This document shows positions 1 to 9,774 of a stretch of DNA of 64,000 nt, in pieces (the first letter of the stretch is position 1; every line of letters begins with the position of its first letter). Below the pieces are notes generated by a model. The model worked only from the letters and a program-made list of their open reading frames with translations. It was not told where the DNA came from and searched no databases. The DNA comes from Terriglobia bacterium (GTDB lineage Bacteria; Acidobacteriota; Terriglobia; 2-12-FULL-54-10), in the NCBI GenBank assembly GCA_963666975.2, contig CAXVYR010000004.1:1568001-1632000 (forward strand). The letters run 5' to 3'. A program made the translations under genes and the position numbers.

Positions 1-42
1 GATATAATGCGATAACTTGGGTGGAAAGTTCCTGCTGAGAAT

Positions 43-1080
43 ATGACACGGTTAAAAGCCTTCCGACAAAAGAAAGCCTGGGTCCATCGCCGGCTCCGGG
101 AATGGCGGATGATCGCCAAAGGTTTGCTGAGCAAGCGGCACCCGGTCCTGGCCCACGTTATTCCCATCCGCCGTTGCAACCTGGCCTGCACCTACTGCAA
201 CGAGTATGACGACTTCTCCCCCCCGGTCCCGTTGGCGGATGTATTCAAAAGAATTGACCGGCTGGCGTCGTTCGGCACCACCATCATCACCATCAGCGGC
301 GGCGAGCCCATGCTCCACCCGGAGCTGGACCAGATCATCGGCCGCGTGCGCCACCACGGCATCATGGCCGGGCTCATCACCAACGGCTACTTGCTGACCG
401 CCGAGCGCATCGAGCGGCTCAACCGGGCGGGGCTGGAGCACCTGCAGATCAGCATCGACAATATCCAGCCCGATGATGTTTCCAAAAAAAGCCTGAAGGT
501 GCTCGATAAGAAGCTCCAACTGCTGGCCGAGTATGCTGAGTTCGGCGTGAACATCAACTCGGTGATCGGCGGCGGCATCCATAATCCGGAAGACGCGATA
601 GTGGTCGCCCGCCGGGCCGTGGGGCTGGGCTTGACCAGCACGCTCGGCGTCATCCACGACGCCGGGGGCCAGATGCGCCCCTTGAGCGAGGCGGAGCAGC
701 GGGTCTATCGCACGATCAAGGACATGGGCCGGAAGGTCTACGCGCGCTTTGACAAGTTTCAGGAAGACATCGCCTACGGACGGGCGCACAACTGGCGCTG
801 CCGCGCCGGTGGCCGTTACCTCTACATCTGCGAAGACGGCCTGGTGCACTACTGCTCGCAGCAGCGCGGCTATCCCGCCGTGCCGCTGGAGAAATACACG
901 CGGGAGGACCTGTGGCGGGAGTATCACACGCGCAAATCCTGCGCGCCCCATTGCACCGTCTCCTGCGTGCAGGCGGTGGCGATGATCGACAACTGGCGCT
1001 CCCCGCAAACCTTGGAAGCACCCTTCCAGCAACCCGAACCGCTGGTGCAACTGCAAGGCCCGCTGCAGGACGGGGGGTAG
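43..1080 (+). CDS. Radical SAM protein with C-terminal twitch/SPASM-like domain
   Basis: CxxxCxxC (CNLACTYC), SGGEP motif, C-terminal [15 protein letters not shown] and C-x3-C-x3-C. Confidence 0.9.
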   Translation: MTRLKAFRQKKAWVHRRLREWRMIAKGLLSKRHPVLAHVIPIRRCNLACTYCNEYDDFSPPVPLADVFKRIDRLASFGTTIITISGGEPMLHPELDQIIGRVRHHGIMAGLITNGYLLTAERIERLNRAGLEHLQISIDNIQPDDVSKKSLKVLDKKLQLLAEYAEFGVNINSVIGGGIHNPEDAIVVARRAVGLGLTSTLGVIHDAGGQMRPLSEAEQRVYRTIKDMGRKVYARFDKFQEDIAYGRAHNWRCRAGGRYLYICEDGLVHYCSQQRGYPAVPLEKYTREDLWREYHTRKSCAPHCTVSCVQAVAMIDNWRSPQTLEAPFQQPEPLVQLQGPLQDGG

Positions 1081-1091
1081 GGGTCTGTATT

Positions 1092-1158
1092 CGAGCCGCG
1101 CGCGTAAGCAAGCGGACACTAAACGATAGCTCATAAAACCAAGTGTCGGGTCCGCTCC
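1092..1158. repeat. 67-bp REP-doublet repeat, copy 1
   Basis: Identical to 2985-3051 except 2 positions; contains GAGCCGCGCGCGTAAGCAAGCGG and CCGCTCCC arms. Confidence 0.9.
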
Positions 1159-1350
1159 CTCGCGGCCCGCCGCCCGATGCGCTGGCCGACTCGCCGGTAG
1201 TAAGTCATTTCCCGAAAACTAACGTTATCCGGTCTAGCGGCGCTCCGCTGCTCAGAAAGTGGCAAGATTTCGGTTATATGCGGCCTTATAATGAGAACTT
1301 ATCCACACCGCAATCGTGGTATGTCTGGTCTTTGTCTGCCCGCCACGGCG

Positions 1351-1384
1351 GTTGAGGCGGGTCGGCCTAAACAAGAGTTAGAGC
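1351..1384 (+). other. Putative integron attI-like site
   Basis: GGGTCGGCCTAAACAAGAGTTAGAGC resembles the attI1 3' end (GTCGCCCTAAAACAAAGTTRRRY); ATG follows 7 bp after the core. The 7th core base is G, not Y. Confidence 0.4.
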
Positions 1385-1390
1385 TACAAA

Positions 1391-1912
1391 ATGGCTTCGA
1401 CGAATCGCGTCTCAAACGAAAAAAAGAACTTGAACCGCTTGGCCGGTGAGTTTTTAGTGGCGTCTCGCCTCACGCAGCGTGGCTACATGGTTACTTTGCA
1501 GTGGGGTAACACGATCAGCTATGACATTCTGGCTTTTGACAAGCAAGGCAAGATTGCTTTCATTGAGGTGAAGTCAACGGCTTCCTATCCTCGCCGATGG
1601 ATGCTTCAAAGCAAGTACGCTAACCCTCGTGCAGATACCATACCCCTGAAAAGGCGCTTCGTCTGCTGTGTTGACATCTCAAGCGAGGAGCACGAGCCGT
1701 CGGTTTACGTTTTCCCTGCCTCGGCCGTAGCTAAAGGCTTGCACTATTACTTCCACAGCAAGTTTCCAGACAGCGCCAGTTATCACCTTTCGCTGGACTT
1801 CAAACCGCAGGGCAAATCCAAGCAAGAGGTACAGACGGTCGGCCAGTTTATCGAAGCGGAAAGATACCTCGAAAAATTCAACATTCTGGGGCTTGCCCCC
1901 GTCAGGGAGTAG
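1391..1912 (+). CDS. PD-(D/E)XK family nuclease (Holliday-junction-resolvase-like)
   Basis: GE helix (AGEFLVASRL..RGY), YDILA and IEVKS catalytic motifs. Confidence 0.8.
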   Translation: MASTNRVSNEKKNLNRLAGEFLVASRLTQRGYMVTLQWGNTISYDILAFDKQGKIAFIEVKSTASYPRRWMLQSKYANPRADTIPLKRRFVCCVDISSEEHEPSVYVFPASAVAKGLHYYFHSKFPDSASYHLSLDFKPQGKSKQEVQTVGQFIEAERYLEKFNILGLAPVRE

Positions 1913-2046
1913 AGTTAGGCGACACGAAGGGAAACACGGTGAGCAAAGGTGGAGTGACCTGACCGGGGATTTTTGTACCATCGATAGAGGCGAAGGTGTT
2001 CGAGCGTATTCATTAAGTGCAGCCGCAGCCACGGGAGGAATGGAAC

Positions 2047-2757
2047 GTGAGAAAGACACCGCAATTGGTCAGCCAGTTCCTAGAAACAATCAGTGGGAAG
2101 ATCCTAGAAAACTACCAGGCGATCATTAGGCGCTACGGGCACCGGCGGCAGGGAGTGTACGCTCTATATCGTGGTGATCGTCTCTATTACGTGGGCCTGG
2201 CGAGCAATCTGAATGCGCGGATCAAACAACACTTGAGAGATCGGCACAAGGGAAAGTGGGACAAATTCAGCGTGTACCTCACCATCGGGGATCGCCACCT
2301 GAAGGAGTTGGAATCACTGGTACTTCGCATCGCCCAGCCCAAAGGAAACAAAGTGGCGGGCAAATTCGCCAAAGCGGAAAATCTTCGCCGTAAGTTGAAA
2401 CGGGATATTAGGGCAAGCCAGCAGGTGGAGTTGAACGTGTTGGTGGGTCGCAGGGTGAGGAAGCGAGTCATAAAGAGGGTCCTGCGCAAGTCCAAGAGGA
2501 AACCGGGTCCAACGAGAAAGTCGCCAGTATTGGCAGATTACTTTTCCCAGCGGGTCAAATTACGTGCACAATGGAAAGGCAAAACCTTCCGCGCAACAGT
2601 GCGAAAGGATGGTTCTATTAGGTTCCAGGGAAATGTTTTCCGGTCGCCTTCTAATGCCGCTCGTGCGGCAATTGGCTATGCGGTCAATGGCTGGCGATTT
2701 TGGACCTATGAACAGGCCCCTGGCGACTGGGTTTTTCTCAACACTCGGAAGAAATAA
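2047..2757 (+). CDS. GIY-YIG nuclease fused to C-terminal RAMA/DUF4357-like domain
   Basis: GVYALY..YYVG.A.NL..RI..H; C-terminal G..F.SPS.AA....NGWRFW; GTG start after GGAGG. Confidence 0.8.
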   Translation: MRKTPQLVSQFLETISGKILENYQAIIRRYGHRRQGVYALYRGDRLYYVGLASNLNARIKQHLRDRHKGKWDKFSVYLTIGDRHLKELESLVLRIAQPKGNKVAGKFAKAENLRRKLKRDIRASQQVELNVLVGRRVRKRVIKRVLRKSKRKPGPTRKSPVLADYFSQRVKLRAQWKGKTFRATVRKDGSIRFQGNVFRSPSNAARAAIGYAVNGWRFWTYEQAPGDWVFLNTRKK

Positions 2758-2835
2758 ACCATCACTTAACAGTATTCAATTTGCTGAATAACCCACTCCT
2801 GAGTCTCTAGGAATTTCTCCAGTGACTTCTGCTCC

Positions 2836-2961
2836 GTGAGAACAAAGAGATCAAAAGCTGGGCGGCGGGAAATCGCAGGCACTGACGAAGAGATTGACGA
2901 GTTGGTCTATCGTCTCTACGGCATCACCGAGGAAGAGCGGAAAATCATTGAGGGGGCGTAG
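2836..2961 (+). pseudogene. C-terminal remnant of type IIG (Eco57I/TaqI-C-like) restriction-modification enzyme
   Basis: Translates EIAGTDEEIDELVYRLYGITEEERKIIEGA*, the characteristic tail of these enzymes; rest of gene absent. Confidence 0.7.
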
Positions 2962-2984
2962 CGCCAGCGTCTAGCGGATTTTCC

Positions 2985-3051
2985 CGAGCCGCGCGCGTTA
3001 GCAAGCGGACACTAAACGATAGCTCATGAAACCAAGTGTCGGGTCCGCTCC
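2985..3051. repeat. 67-bp REP-doublet repeat, copy 2
   Basis: Direct repeat of 1092-1158; a further arm CCGCTCCCTCACGGTCGTGGCTCGG lies at ~3138-3162. Confidence 0.9.
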
Positions 3052-3211
3052 ATTACTGTCGCGGCTCTGATTCAAGCCCCTTCTGACTTCGGACTCCTGT
3101 CCCCACTCATCACTTGTCACTTATCACTGTTTTTTTGTCCGCTCCCTCACGGTCGTGGCTCGGAAACGCGCACGGCTCGGATTGGGGGCTACCGGCAAAG
3201 TAGCGGTACGA

Positions 3212-4231
3212 TCAATACCCCTTTCCCTTGTCCACCGGGTTGAGGAACGGTTGGCCAGCCAAATACCGGCGCAAGTTCTCCGCCAGCAGATCGCTTGAGC
3301 GCTTCCAGAAGCGTTCCGTGGCGCTGCCCAGGTGAGCCGTAATCAGGACGTTCGGCAGCTTCCACAGAGGATGTTCCGGCGGCAGCGGCTCCGGGTCGGT
3401 CACATCAAGTGCCGCACCTGCGATCTGGCCCGATTCCAGCGCCCGCATCAGGGCGTCTGTATCAACCAATGTCCCTCGGGCGATGTTGATGAGGTATGCC
3501 GACAGCTTCATCGCTTGAAACGCGGCTTCTCCCATCAGTCCGATATTCTCCGGCGTGTCGGGAGCGGCCAGCACCAGGAAGTCCGTCTCCGCCAGCAGCA
3601 CGTGCAGTTGCGGCGGAGCGTACACACGGTCGGCCAGCTCGCCTCCGCGCGTCGGGTCGCGCTTGAGGGCGGCCACGCGCATCCCCAAAGCCTTCGCCCG
3701 CGCCGCGACTTCCCGGCCTATCGCTCCCAGGCCGACCAGCCCCAGCGTCTTCCCGTTGATCTCGGTGAGGCAGTGTTCCGCTTCCCAGCCCTCTCCTTGT
3801 TCCCAGCGCCGCTCGGATTGATGGCGGAAAGAGGCGAGCAGCTTCCGGGACAGGGCAAACAGCAGCGCGATGGTGTGTTCGGCCACGGGGACGGCGTGGA
3901 CGGAGGTAGAATTGGTCACCGTCACAGCGCTTTCGGCCAGCCCTGGCACCAAGATTGTAGTGACACCGGCGGCGGGGGAGTGAATCCACTTCAGTTTCCG
4001 GCAGCGCTCAAACTGCTCCGGCCGCAATGTCCAGGAGACCAGGATTTCGCAGTCCTCAATTTCTCGCGCAACCGTCTCCGGGTCCCGTGCGATAACCACT
4101 TCCAGTTCCGGGAACTGGTTGCGGACGGCCTGCTCTACCCAGTCGGGCACCCATAAATACTGGAGCCTGGAGGTGGAGGGCCAGAGGAGCTTTATTTTTG
4201 GGTTTGGGGGTTTGGGGCTTTTAGGTTTCAT
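3212..4231 (-). CDS. D-2-hydroxyacid dehydrogenase (NAD(P)-binding)
   Basis: GLGAIG Rossmann motif, NIARG, ALDVTDPEPLP, LITAH; ATG at 4231 coupled (ATGA) to DUF309 stop. Confidence 0.9.
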   Translation of the reverse strand: MKPKSPKPPNPKIKLLWPSTSRLQYLWVPDWVEQAVRNQFPELEVVIARDPETVAREIEDCEILVSWTLRPEQFERCRKLKWIHSPAAGVTTILVPGLAESAVTVTNSTSVHAVPVAEHTIALLFALSRKLLASFRHQSERRWEQGEGWEAEHCLTEINGKTLGLVGLGAIGREVAARAKALGMRVAALKRDPTRGGELADRVYAPPQLHVLLAETDFLVLAAPDTPENIGLMGEAAFQAMKLSAYLINIARGTLVDTDALMRALESGQIAGAALDVTDPEPLPPEHPLWKLPNVLITAHLGSATERFWKRSSDLLAENLRRYLAGQPFLNPVDKGKGY

Positions 4232-4608
4232 TCTGAGGAGGGAAGCGGCTGGATTTTGATTATGATCCGGGGAGCAATGCTGTCCGGGCGAATCGTCCCG
4301 GCGGCGGACGCCTCCAGCAGCGGTTTCAGCGCCGCGAGCAATGCGGCGACATCCACCGCGTCCCGTTCCGGGGCAAACGCCGATAGCTTCTCCATCCCGG
4401 CCGTCAGCAGGCGACCGGCTCCGACGAGGTTCTCCCGGCGGAGATGATAGAAGGCCACGGCGATCTGGATCAGCCCTTGCAGGAATGTTCTTTGTTCGCC
4501 GGAGGCACCCAGCCACGCTTCCTCCAGCATCTCATGGCACTCGAAGAACCGTTCCCGGTTGAAAAGGTCGATCCCCTCCCGCAGGTGGTCTTTCGAGTGT
4601 GATGTCAC
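4228..4608 (-). CDS. DUF309 domain protein
   Basis: GIDLFN..FFECHEMLEEAW..LQGLIQ.AV..YH signature. Confidence 0.85.
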   Translation of the reverse strand: MTSHSKDHLREGIDLFNRERFFECHEMLEEAWLGASGEQRTFLQGLIQIAVAFYHLRRENLVGAGRLLTAGMEKLSAFAPERDAVDVAALLAALKPLLEASAAGTIRPDSIAPRIIIKIQPLPSSE

Positions 4609-4680
4609 CGGTGAAGCTCCCGCTGGCGGAGAAAGTCATCCCGACAGGCAAGCTGAGGAAGCAAGCTGCCCCGGGCGTGC

Positions 4681-5347
4681 TTACACCGGGACCTGAATAT
4701 TTTTATGAATGACGTACAGGGCCAGCTCCAGGCGGTCCGAGACACCCAGCTTGTCGAAGATGTTATGCAGATGGTTCTTTACGGTCTGCTCGCTGATGAA
4801 CATCCTTTGGGCGATTTCCTTGTTTTTGAAGCCCTGGGAGGTCAGCCCGACTACCTGCCTCTCGCGGGCGCTCAGCGGGGAGGAGTCGCGCTCCTTGCGG
4901 TTGGAGACGCCCGGCCCCGGAGAATTCCTTCATGACCGCCCCCGTCATGTGCGTATCCAGCCAGATTTCGCCGGCCTCCACCTTGCGGATGCATTTGATC
5001 AGCAACTCGACCGGGGCTTGCTTCAACACAATGCCGGCAGTGCCCAGCTTCATGGCCAGAACAAAGTCTTCTTCTTTCTCCGTGGAGGTCAGGAGAATGA
5101 CACGGGGCTTCTTCCGCTTCGGCTGCAGTTGCTCCAGCACCTCCAGCCCGCTCAGCTCCGGCAGCAGCAGGTCCTGAATGAGCATCTCCGGGTTCAGCGC
5201 GTCCACCATCTTCATGACTTCCTTGCCGTTGTCTGCCTCGCCAATGACGGAGATATCCGGCTCTTGCGAGAGCAGCCGTTTCAGGCCGGCTCGGAAGATT
5301 GGCTGGGCGTCGCCAATCAGGACGCGGATTTTCTTACCCTTAGCCAT
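4681..5347 (-). pseudogene. NarL/LuxR-family response regulator, single frameshift near 4915
   Basis: Receiver domain in one frame; LuxR HTH (LSARERQVV..GFKNKEIA..MFISEQTVKNHLHNIFDKLGV) in the shifted frame. Real lesion or sequencing error. Confidence 0.8.
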
Positions 5348-5536
5348 ATTCGGAGTGCGTTGGAGCCTAGACAGGGCCTTGGCTTCTATCGATCGCCGGG
5401 CCGACTCAGTAGGCATAGGAATTCTAAGAAGATTCGGTCAGGCTGTCAACCGTCCCGGTCAGCTTGCAGGGCGAAATGGGGCCAATGCCATTTTTTGTTT
5501 GACACTCCGCCCGTTTTCAGGGGTAATGTCGGGACC

Positions 5537-6004
5537 ATGAATCCGGCACATCTGCATCTGCTGCTGAACCATATCCCGCTGCCCGGAATTTTGCTCGGCT
5601 TGGCGCTGCTGTTGGTGGCTCTGTCGAGAAACAACGATGAGCTAAAAAAACTGAGTTGCTGTGTCTTCCTCCTGATTGCGCTGCTTGCAGTCCCGGTGTA
5701 TTTAACCGGCGAAGGCGCCGAGGAGATTGTGGAGCATCTTCCCGGCGTAGAGCACGAGTTGATTGAAGAGCATGAAGAGTCAGCTTTGGTATCGCTGGTC
5801 GCCATAGAGGTTCTGGGCCTTCTTTCGCTGGCTGGGCTTATCCGCTTTCGGGGTCCCGGCGAGCTTCCGCATTGGTTTGTCACGACCTGTTTGCTCCTGT
5901 CCATTGTTGTGGCGGGAATGGTGGCATGGACCTCAAACCTGGGCGGACGGATACGCCACTCCGAGACTAGACCAGGGTTCCAGTCTTCTTCTACTGCTGA
6001 ATAA
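5537..6004 (+). CDS. Membrane protein, DUF2231-like
   Basis: HLHLLLNHIP, TGEGAEE..H..HEE, GGRIRH motifs with 4 hydrophobic segments. Confidence 0.75.
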   Translation: MNPAHLHLLLNHIPLPGILLGLALLLVALSRNNDELKKLSCCVFLLIALLAVPVYLTGEGAEEIVEHLPGVEHELIEEHEESALVSLVAIEVLGLLSLAGLIRFRGPGELPHWFVTTCLLLSIVVAGMVAWTSNLGGRIRHSETRPGFQSSSTAE

Positions 6005-6465
6005 GAGTCCCTGTATGCAGGGAATTGATAATAGTCAGGGAATGTCTGCTGCGGTGCTATGTACTTGGCAATGCGTTGGCTTGACGAGCCTTGTGGAAAT
6101 TGCTGTGGAAAACCTGCCAAGGTGCTTCGGATGTTCTCTTTGGCCTTGCCACTGGATTTCGCGGTATCAGGGATGCTCGGCCCTGCCTAATTAATTGAAA
6201 TAATAATACTTACATTTTTTTAGCAGGCCGCGCAGGGTCTGTTTTACTGCCAGAGCCAGGTCGCCTTGGCTGCGCGCCGCAAAATCCGGTTTTGCACAAA
6301 TGTACAGCAGGAAAAGCATTAGAAGTCCCTGTTTTCAAGCCTTGCGATGGCATTCAAGTTTTTTGAATGGAAAGATTGAAAAGGTGCGGAAAGGAAGCAA
6401 ATGAAAGACTATGAAGGGGTTCGGAGCAGCTTGCCGGATGCACTGCGGCGGAAGCGATACGTTTT

Positions 6466-7749
6466 TTATTGGGGATGAGGACCATCAGGTTCCGCCAGAT
6501 GCTTTTGCAGCCGTGTCGCCAGCGATTGCGGCACTTCGGCATCCACGTCAATGAACCCGTCCGCGTAGTCGCGGTGCAGCACGCGCCCCAGCCCATAGAC
6601 CCAGGAAAGCTGTTTTCCCTCCATCTGCGTAAAACGCAACCGCACTTTCACGACGGGGTCCAATTGTAGAAGGCGGTCGATTGCGCCGAGCAGGCCTTCC
6701 ATCCCTTCGCCGGTCTTAGCCGAAATGAATACTTCGCCGGCGTTTCCGCGCAACGCTTCCCGCTCCTCCGGGCCGAGCATGTCAATTTTGTTCTGGACGC
6801 GCAGGCAGGGTTTGTCCAGAGCTTCCAGTTCGTCCAGCACCTTCTCGACCTCCTCCTCTTGTTGCGCGAGGCCGGGAGCCGAACAATCCAATACCCTGAT
6901 AATCATTTCCGCTTCCCGCACCTCCTCCAGCGTGGCACGGAAGGCTTTGATGAGGCTATGGGGCAGGTTGCGGATAAACCCAACCGTATCGGAAACCAGC
7001 ACGCGTCTGCGGGAGGGCAACTCCAGCAGGCGTAGCGTGGGGTCCAGCGTGGCGAACATCTTGGAGGAGGTCAGCACGCTGGCCTGAGTGAGGCGGTTGA
7101 ACAGGGTGGATTTGCCCGCGTTGGTGTAGCCCACCAGCGAGAGGGTGGCGATGGGTACGGTGGCCCGGCGGGAGCGGCGGCGCATACGCTGCACACGCAC
7201 CGTCTCCAGGGTTTTCTCCAGGATTTGGATGCGGCGGCGGATGCGGCGGCGGTCCATCTCCAGTTGCGTTTCCCCTGGTCCCCGCGTCCCGATGCCGCCT
7301 CCCAGGCGGGACATCGCTACGCCCCGTCCCGCCAGCCGGGGGAGCATATAGCTCAGTTGTGCCAGCTCCACTTGCAACTGGCCTTCCCGCGTGCGGGCGT
7401 GCCGCGCAAAGATATCCAGGATCAGTTGCGTCCGGTCCACCACCCGGCAGCCGGCCACGGCCTCGATGTTGCGCTGCTGGGTGGGAGTCAGCTCACGATC
7501 GAATATGAGCAGGTCAATGTTCCCGCCCTGTGCCTGCTGCCGAATTTCCTCCAGCTTGCCCCGGCCCACGAGCGTGGCGGAATCCAGACGCTCCCGGGTT
7601 TGCAGGATTTTTTCTGCAACGAAGGCGCCGGCGCTTTGCGTCAGCTCGGAAAGCTCTTCCAGAGAGTCTTCCGGGTCCGGCCTGGGGGCAGAGGAGCGTC
7701 CTTTGTGGGATTTCTCTTTCACCCCCACCAATATGGCTCGTTCCCGCAA
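6466..7749 (-). CDS. hflX: Ribosome-splitting GTPase HflX
   Basis: GGGIGTRGPGETQLE, GYTNAGKS, DTVGFI, NKID; downstream of hfq. Confidence 0.97.
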   Translation of the reverse strand: MRERAILVGVKEKSHKGRSSAPRPDPEDSLEELSELTQSAGAFVAEKILQTRERLDSATLVGRGKLEEIRQQAQGGNIDLLIFDRELTPTQQRNIEAVAGCRVVDRTQLILDIFARHARTREGQLQVELAQLSYMLPRLAGRGVAMSRLGGGIGTRGPGETQLEMDRRRIRRRIQILEKTLETVRVQRMRRRSRRATVPIATLSLVGYTNAGKSTLFNRLTQASVLTSSKMFATLDPTLRLLELPSRRRVLVSDTVGFIRNLPHSLIKAFRATLEEVREAEMIIRVLDCSAPGLAQQEEEVEKVLDELEALDKPCLRVQNKIDMLGPEEREALRGNAGEVFISAKTGEGMEGLLGAIDRLLQLDPVVKVRLRFTQMEGKQLSWVYGLGRVLHRDYADGFIDVDAEVPQSLATRLQKHLAEPDGPHPQ

Positions 7750-7767
7750 AGCTGCCGTGAGAATGTT

Positions 7768-8049
7768 TTATGCCTCCGGCGCTTTAGATGATTGGGAAGA
7801 AGGCTGGGTGGAGCGAGATACGACCACCGTGGAGATGGCGTGCTTGAAGATCAATTGTTCCTGGTGATTGATTTCCAGCACCAGCGCGAATTTGTCGAAA
7901 CTTTTGATTTTGCCCGACAGTTTCACCCCGCCCATCAGGAAGATGGTCACCGAGGTTTTTTCTTTCCTCGCCTGATTCAGAAACGAGTCTTGAATGTTCT
8001 GCGGGGATTTCTCCGCCGGTGGGGAGTCTTTTGGATTCGGGTCGGGCAT
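7768..8049 (-). CDS. hfq: RNA chaperone Hfq
   Basis: [36 protein letters not shown]. Confidence 0.97.
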   Translation of the reverse strand: MPDPNPKDSPPAEKSPQNIQDSFLNQARKEKTSVTIFLMGGVKLSGKIKSFDKFALVLEINHQEQLIFKHAISTVVVSRSTQPSSQSSKAPEA

Positions 8050-8209
8050 GGCTCTATTCTACTTCGCCACGCGAAATGTGGCAACGGAAACACCGCCCAA
8101 AACTCTTGTTTCTGGGGACGCTCCCGGGTTTATAATCCTCTCTCTCTCCGGATACCGGCTGCCGGGAAGGAGCCTGCAGGAGAAATTCCCCAGGGGAAAT
8201 CAATCAGCA

Positions 8210-9136
8210 GTGAAACGTCCTGTCAAAACCAGACAATCTGTGAGCAAGAAATCGAAGAGCAAGAAACGGAAAGCTCCGCCAAGCAAAGTAAAGCTGCCGC
8301 GCCGCCGCGGGACAGGCCTCGAACGCAGCCGCAGCGGACAGCTTGCGGACCGCAAGGATTTTCCCGTTCAGGTCCGCGACGGGGAAAAGTTGCATGAGGA
8401 TGTGTTTGGCACGGAACATCTGGCAGGCGCCATCGCCCACGAGTTGCGACAGCCGTTGAGCGTCATCCAGAACATTGCCGCTTATCTGCGGGCTACGGTT
8501 CCCTCTCGGAACGGGGCTGTTTTGAAACAGCTGAAGACGCTGGAACAACAAACGGCGATGGCAGGGGAAATCCTTTCCAGCATGCTCGAGTTCGCCCGCT
8601 CCGGCAAGCCCACAATAGCGCCCACCGACCTGCATGCGGTCCTTAAGAATGTTCTGAGCCGCGCTTCGTTGGGTCTCTCAGGGGGTCTCTCGCGGGATCG
8701 CGTGCGGGGCCTCTCACGGGGTCTCTCGCGTTCCTCATTGCCCTCCTCGCAACTCCGGCTGAAGCAGAGCTTGGCCCGGCGGCTGCCGCCGGTGCTGGCC
8801 GACCCCGTGCATGTGGACCGGATCCTCTCCAACCTGATTGCCAACGGGGTGGAGAGCATGAAGCGAAGGGAGAAAAGGAACGCGCCGGGAATCCTCTCGG
8901 TCGCCACCGAGGCCGAAGGCAGGGAGGTTGTGGTGCGTGTTGCCGACACCGGCTGCGGCATCGCTCCCGCTCAGGCAAGGAAAATCTTCGAACCGTTCTT
9001 CACCACCAAGCAGACAGGGACGGGCCTGGGACTTGCCCTCTGCCGTCGAATGGCCGAGGCCAACGGCGGCAGCATCGGTTTCCAAAGCCGTCTGGGCAAG
9101 GGGACTACCTTCGAGCTGCGCCTGCCGAAGGCTTGA
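8210..9136 (+). CDS. Soluble histidine kinase (HisKA + HATPase_c) without obvious sensor domain
   Basis: AHELRQPL H-box, NLIANG, DTGCGI, FFTTK, GTGLGL; start uncertain. Confidence 0.85.
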   Translation: MKRPVKTRQSVSKKSKSKKRKAPPSKVKLPRRRGTGLERSRSGQLADRKDFPVQVRDGEKLHEDVFGTEHLAGAIAHELRQPLSVIQNIAAYLRATVPSRNGAVLKQLKTLEQQTAMAGEILSSMLEFARSGKPTIAPTDLHAVLKNVLSRASLGLSGGLSRDRVRGLSRGLSRSSLPSSQLRLKQSLARRLPPVLADPVHVDRILSNLIANGVESMKRREKRNAPGILSVATEAEGREVVVRVADTGCGIAPAQARKIFEPFFTTKQTGTGLGLALCRRMAEANGGSIGFQSRLGKGTTFELRLPKA

Positions 9137-9267
9137 GGGTCTGTGTAAAAGGAAATCCGAGCCTGCCTGCGGTCCAGAGGACCTTCGGTCCGGCGGGCCG
9201 CGAGAGCCTGCCCCGAGCCTTGTCCCGAGAGAAACCGAGGGAAGAGTCGAGGGGTGAGGGGCGGTCC
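9137..9267. repeat. Nested REP/MITE cluster
   Basis: GGGTCTGTGTAAAA end, then a GAGCC..GCCGCGA..GTGAGGGGCGGTC arm interrupted by GCCTGCCCCGAG..GTCGAGGG-type units. Confidence 0.6.
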
Positions 9268-9296
9268 TAACTGCTCAGTGATGCTTCATTTCCTTG

Positions 9297-9632
9297 CTAC
9301 CCGCCAGGAGCGCACTCCGCGCAAGGGCAGATATCCCGCAGGTGATCGAAGGAGTAAAGGCCGGTGCTGTGGCCATCGGTCCAAAGGAAACGCACGGCGT
9401 AGCGGCCCACCGTTTCGGCGTTGGTCAGCCGCGCGGCCGGTTTGAACATGAGAAGCGGGCTGGGGCTGAGCGGTTGTGAAGAATGCTCTTCGCCCCGGCA
9501 ACTGGCGCAGGGACAGTTCTGCCGCAGGTGATCGAGCGGATAGTGGCTCTTGTGGCCGTCCCCCCAGGTGATGTCCACGCCCTGGCTCAGGGAGATGTCG
9601 ATGTGGGTCGGGTCAGTGTTCTTTCCTGCCAT
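9297..9632 (-). CDS. DUF971 / GBBH-like N-terminal domain protein
   Basis: WGDGH..LRQNCPCASC..VGRYAV.F.WTDGHSTGLY. Confidence 0.9.
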   Translation of the reverse strand: MAGKNTDPTHIDISLSQGVDITWGDGHKSHYPLDHLRQNCPCASCRGEEHSSQPLSPSPLLMFKPAARLTNAETVGRYAVRFLWTDGHSTGLYSFDHLRDICPCAECAPGG

Positions 9633-9774
9633 GAATGGATTTTACACGCTCTCTGACACCGCATCAATGAGGGGGACCGTTTCCGGAGGGTTGTTTGCTT
9701 CCGGGGCCGCGAACAGGTACAGGCGGGAAAGCAGCATCCTCGCCTTCAGACGGACGGTCTTGCTTCCGCTGCAA

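Noticed and set aside
43-1080. RiPP cluster around the radical SAM gene
   Set aside because: No precursor peptide, RRE or transporter downstream; the upstream region is outside the window.
3082-3130. Heptamer runs (TGACTTC/TCACTTG)
   Set aside because: Short degenerate intergenic repeats; no function can be supported.
4709-5536. N-terminal extension of the 431-aa ORF
   Set aside because: Antisense to the response regulator; the real gene starts at 5537.
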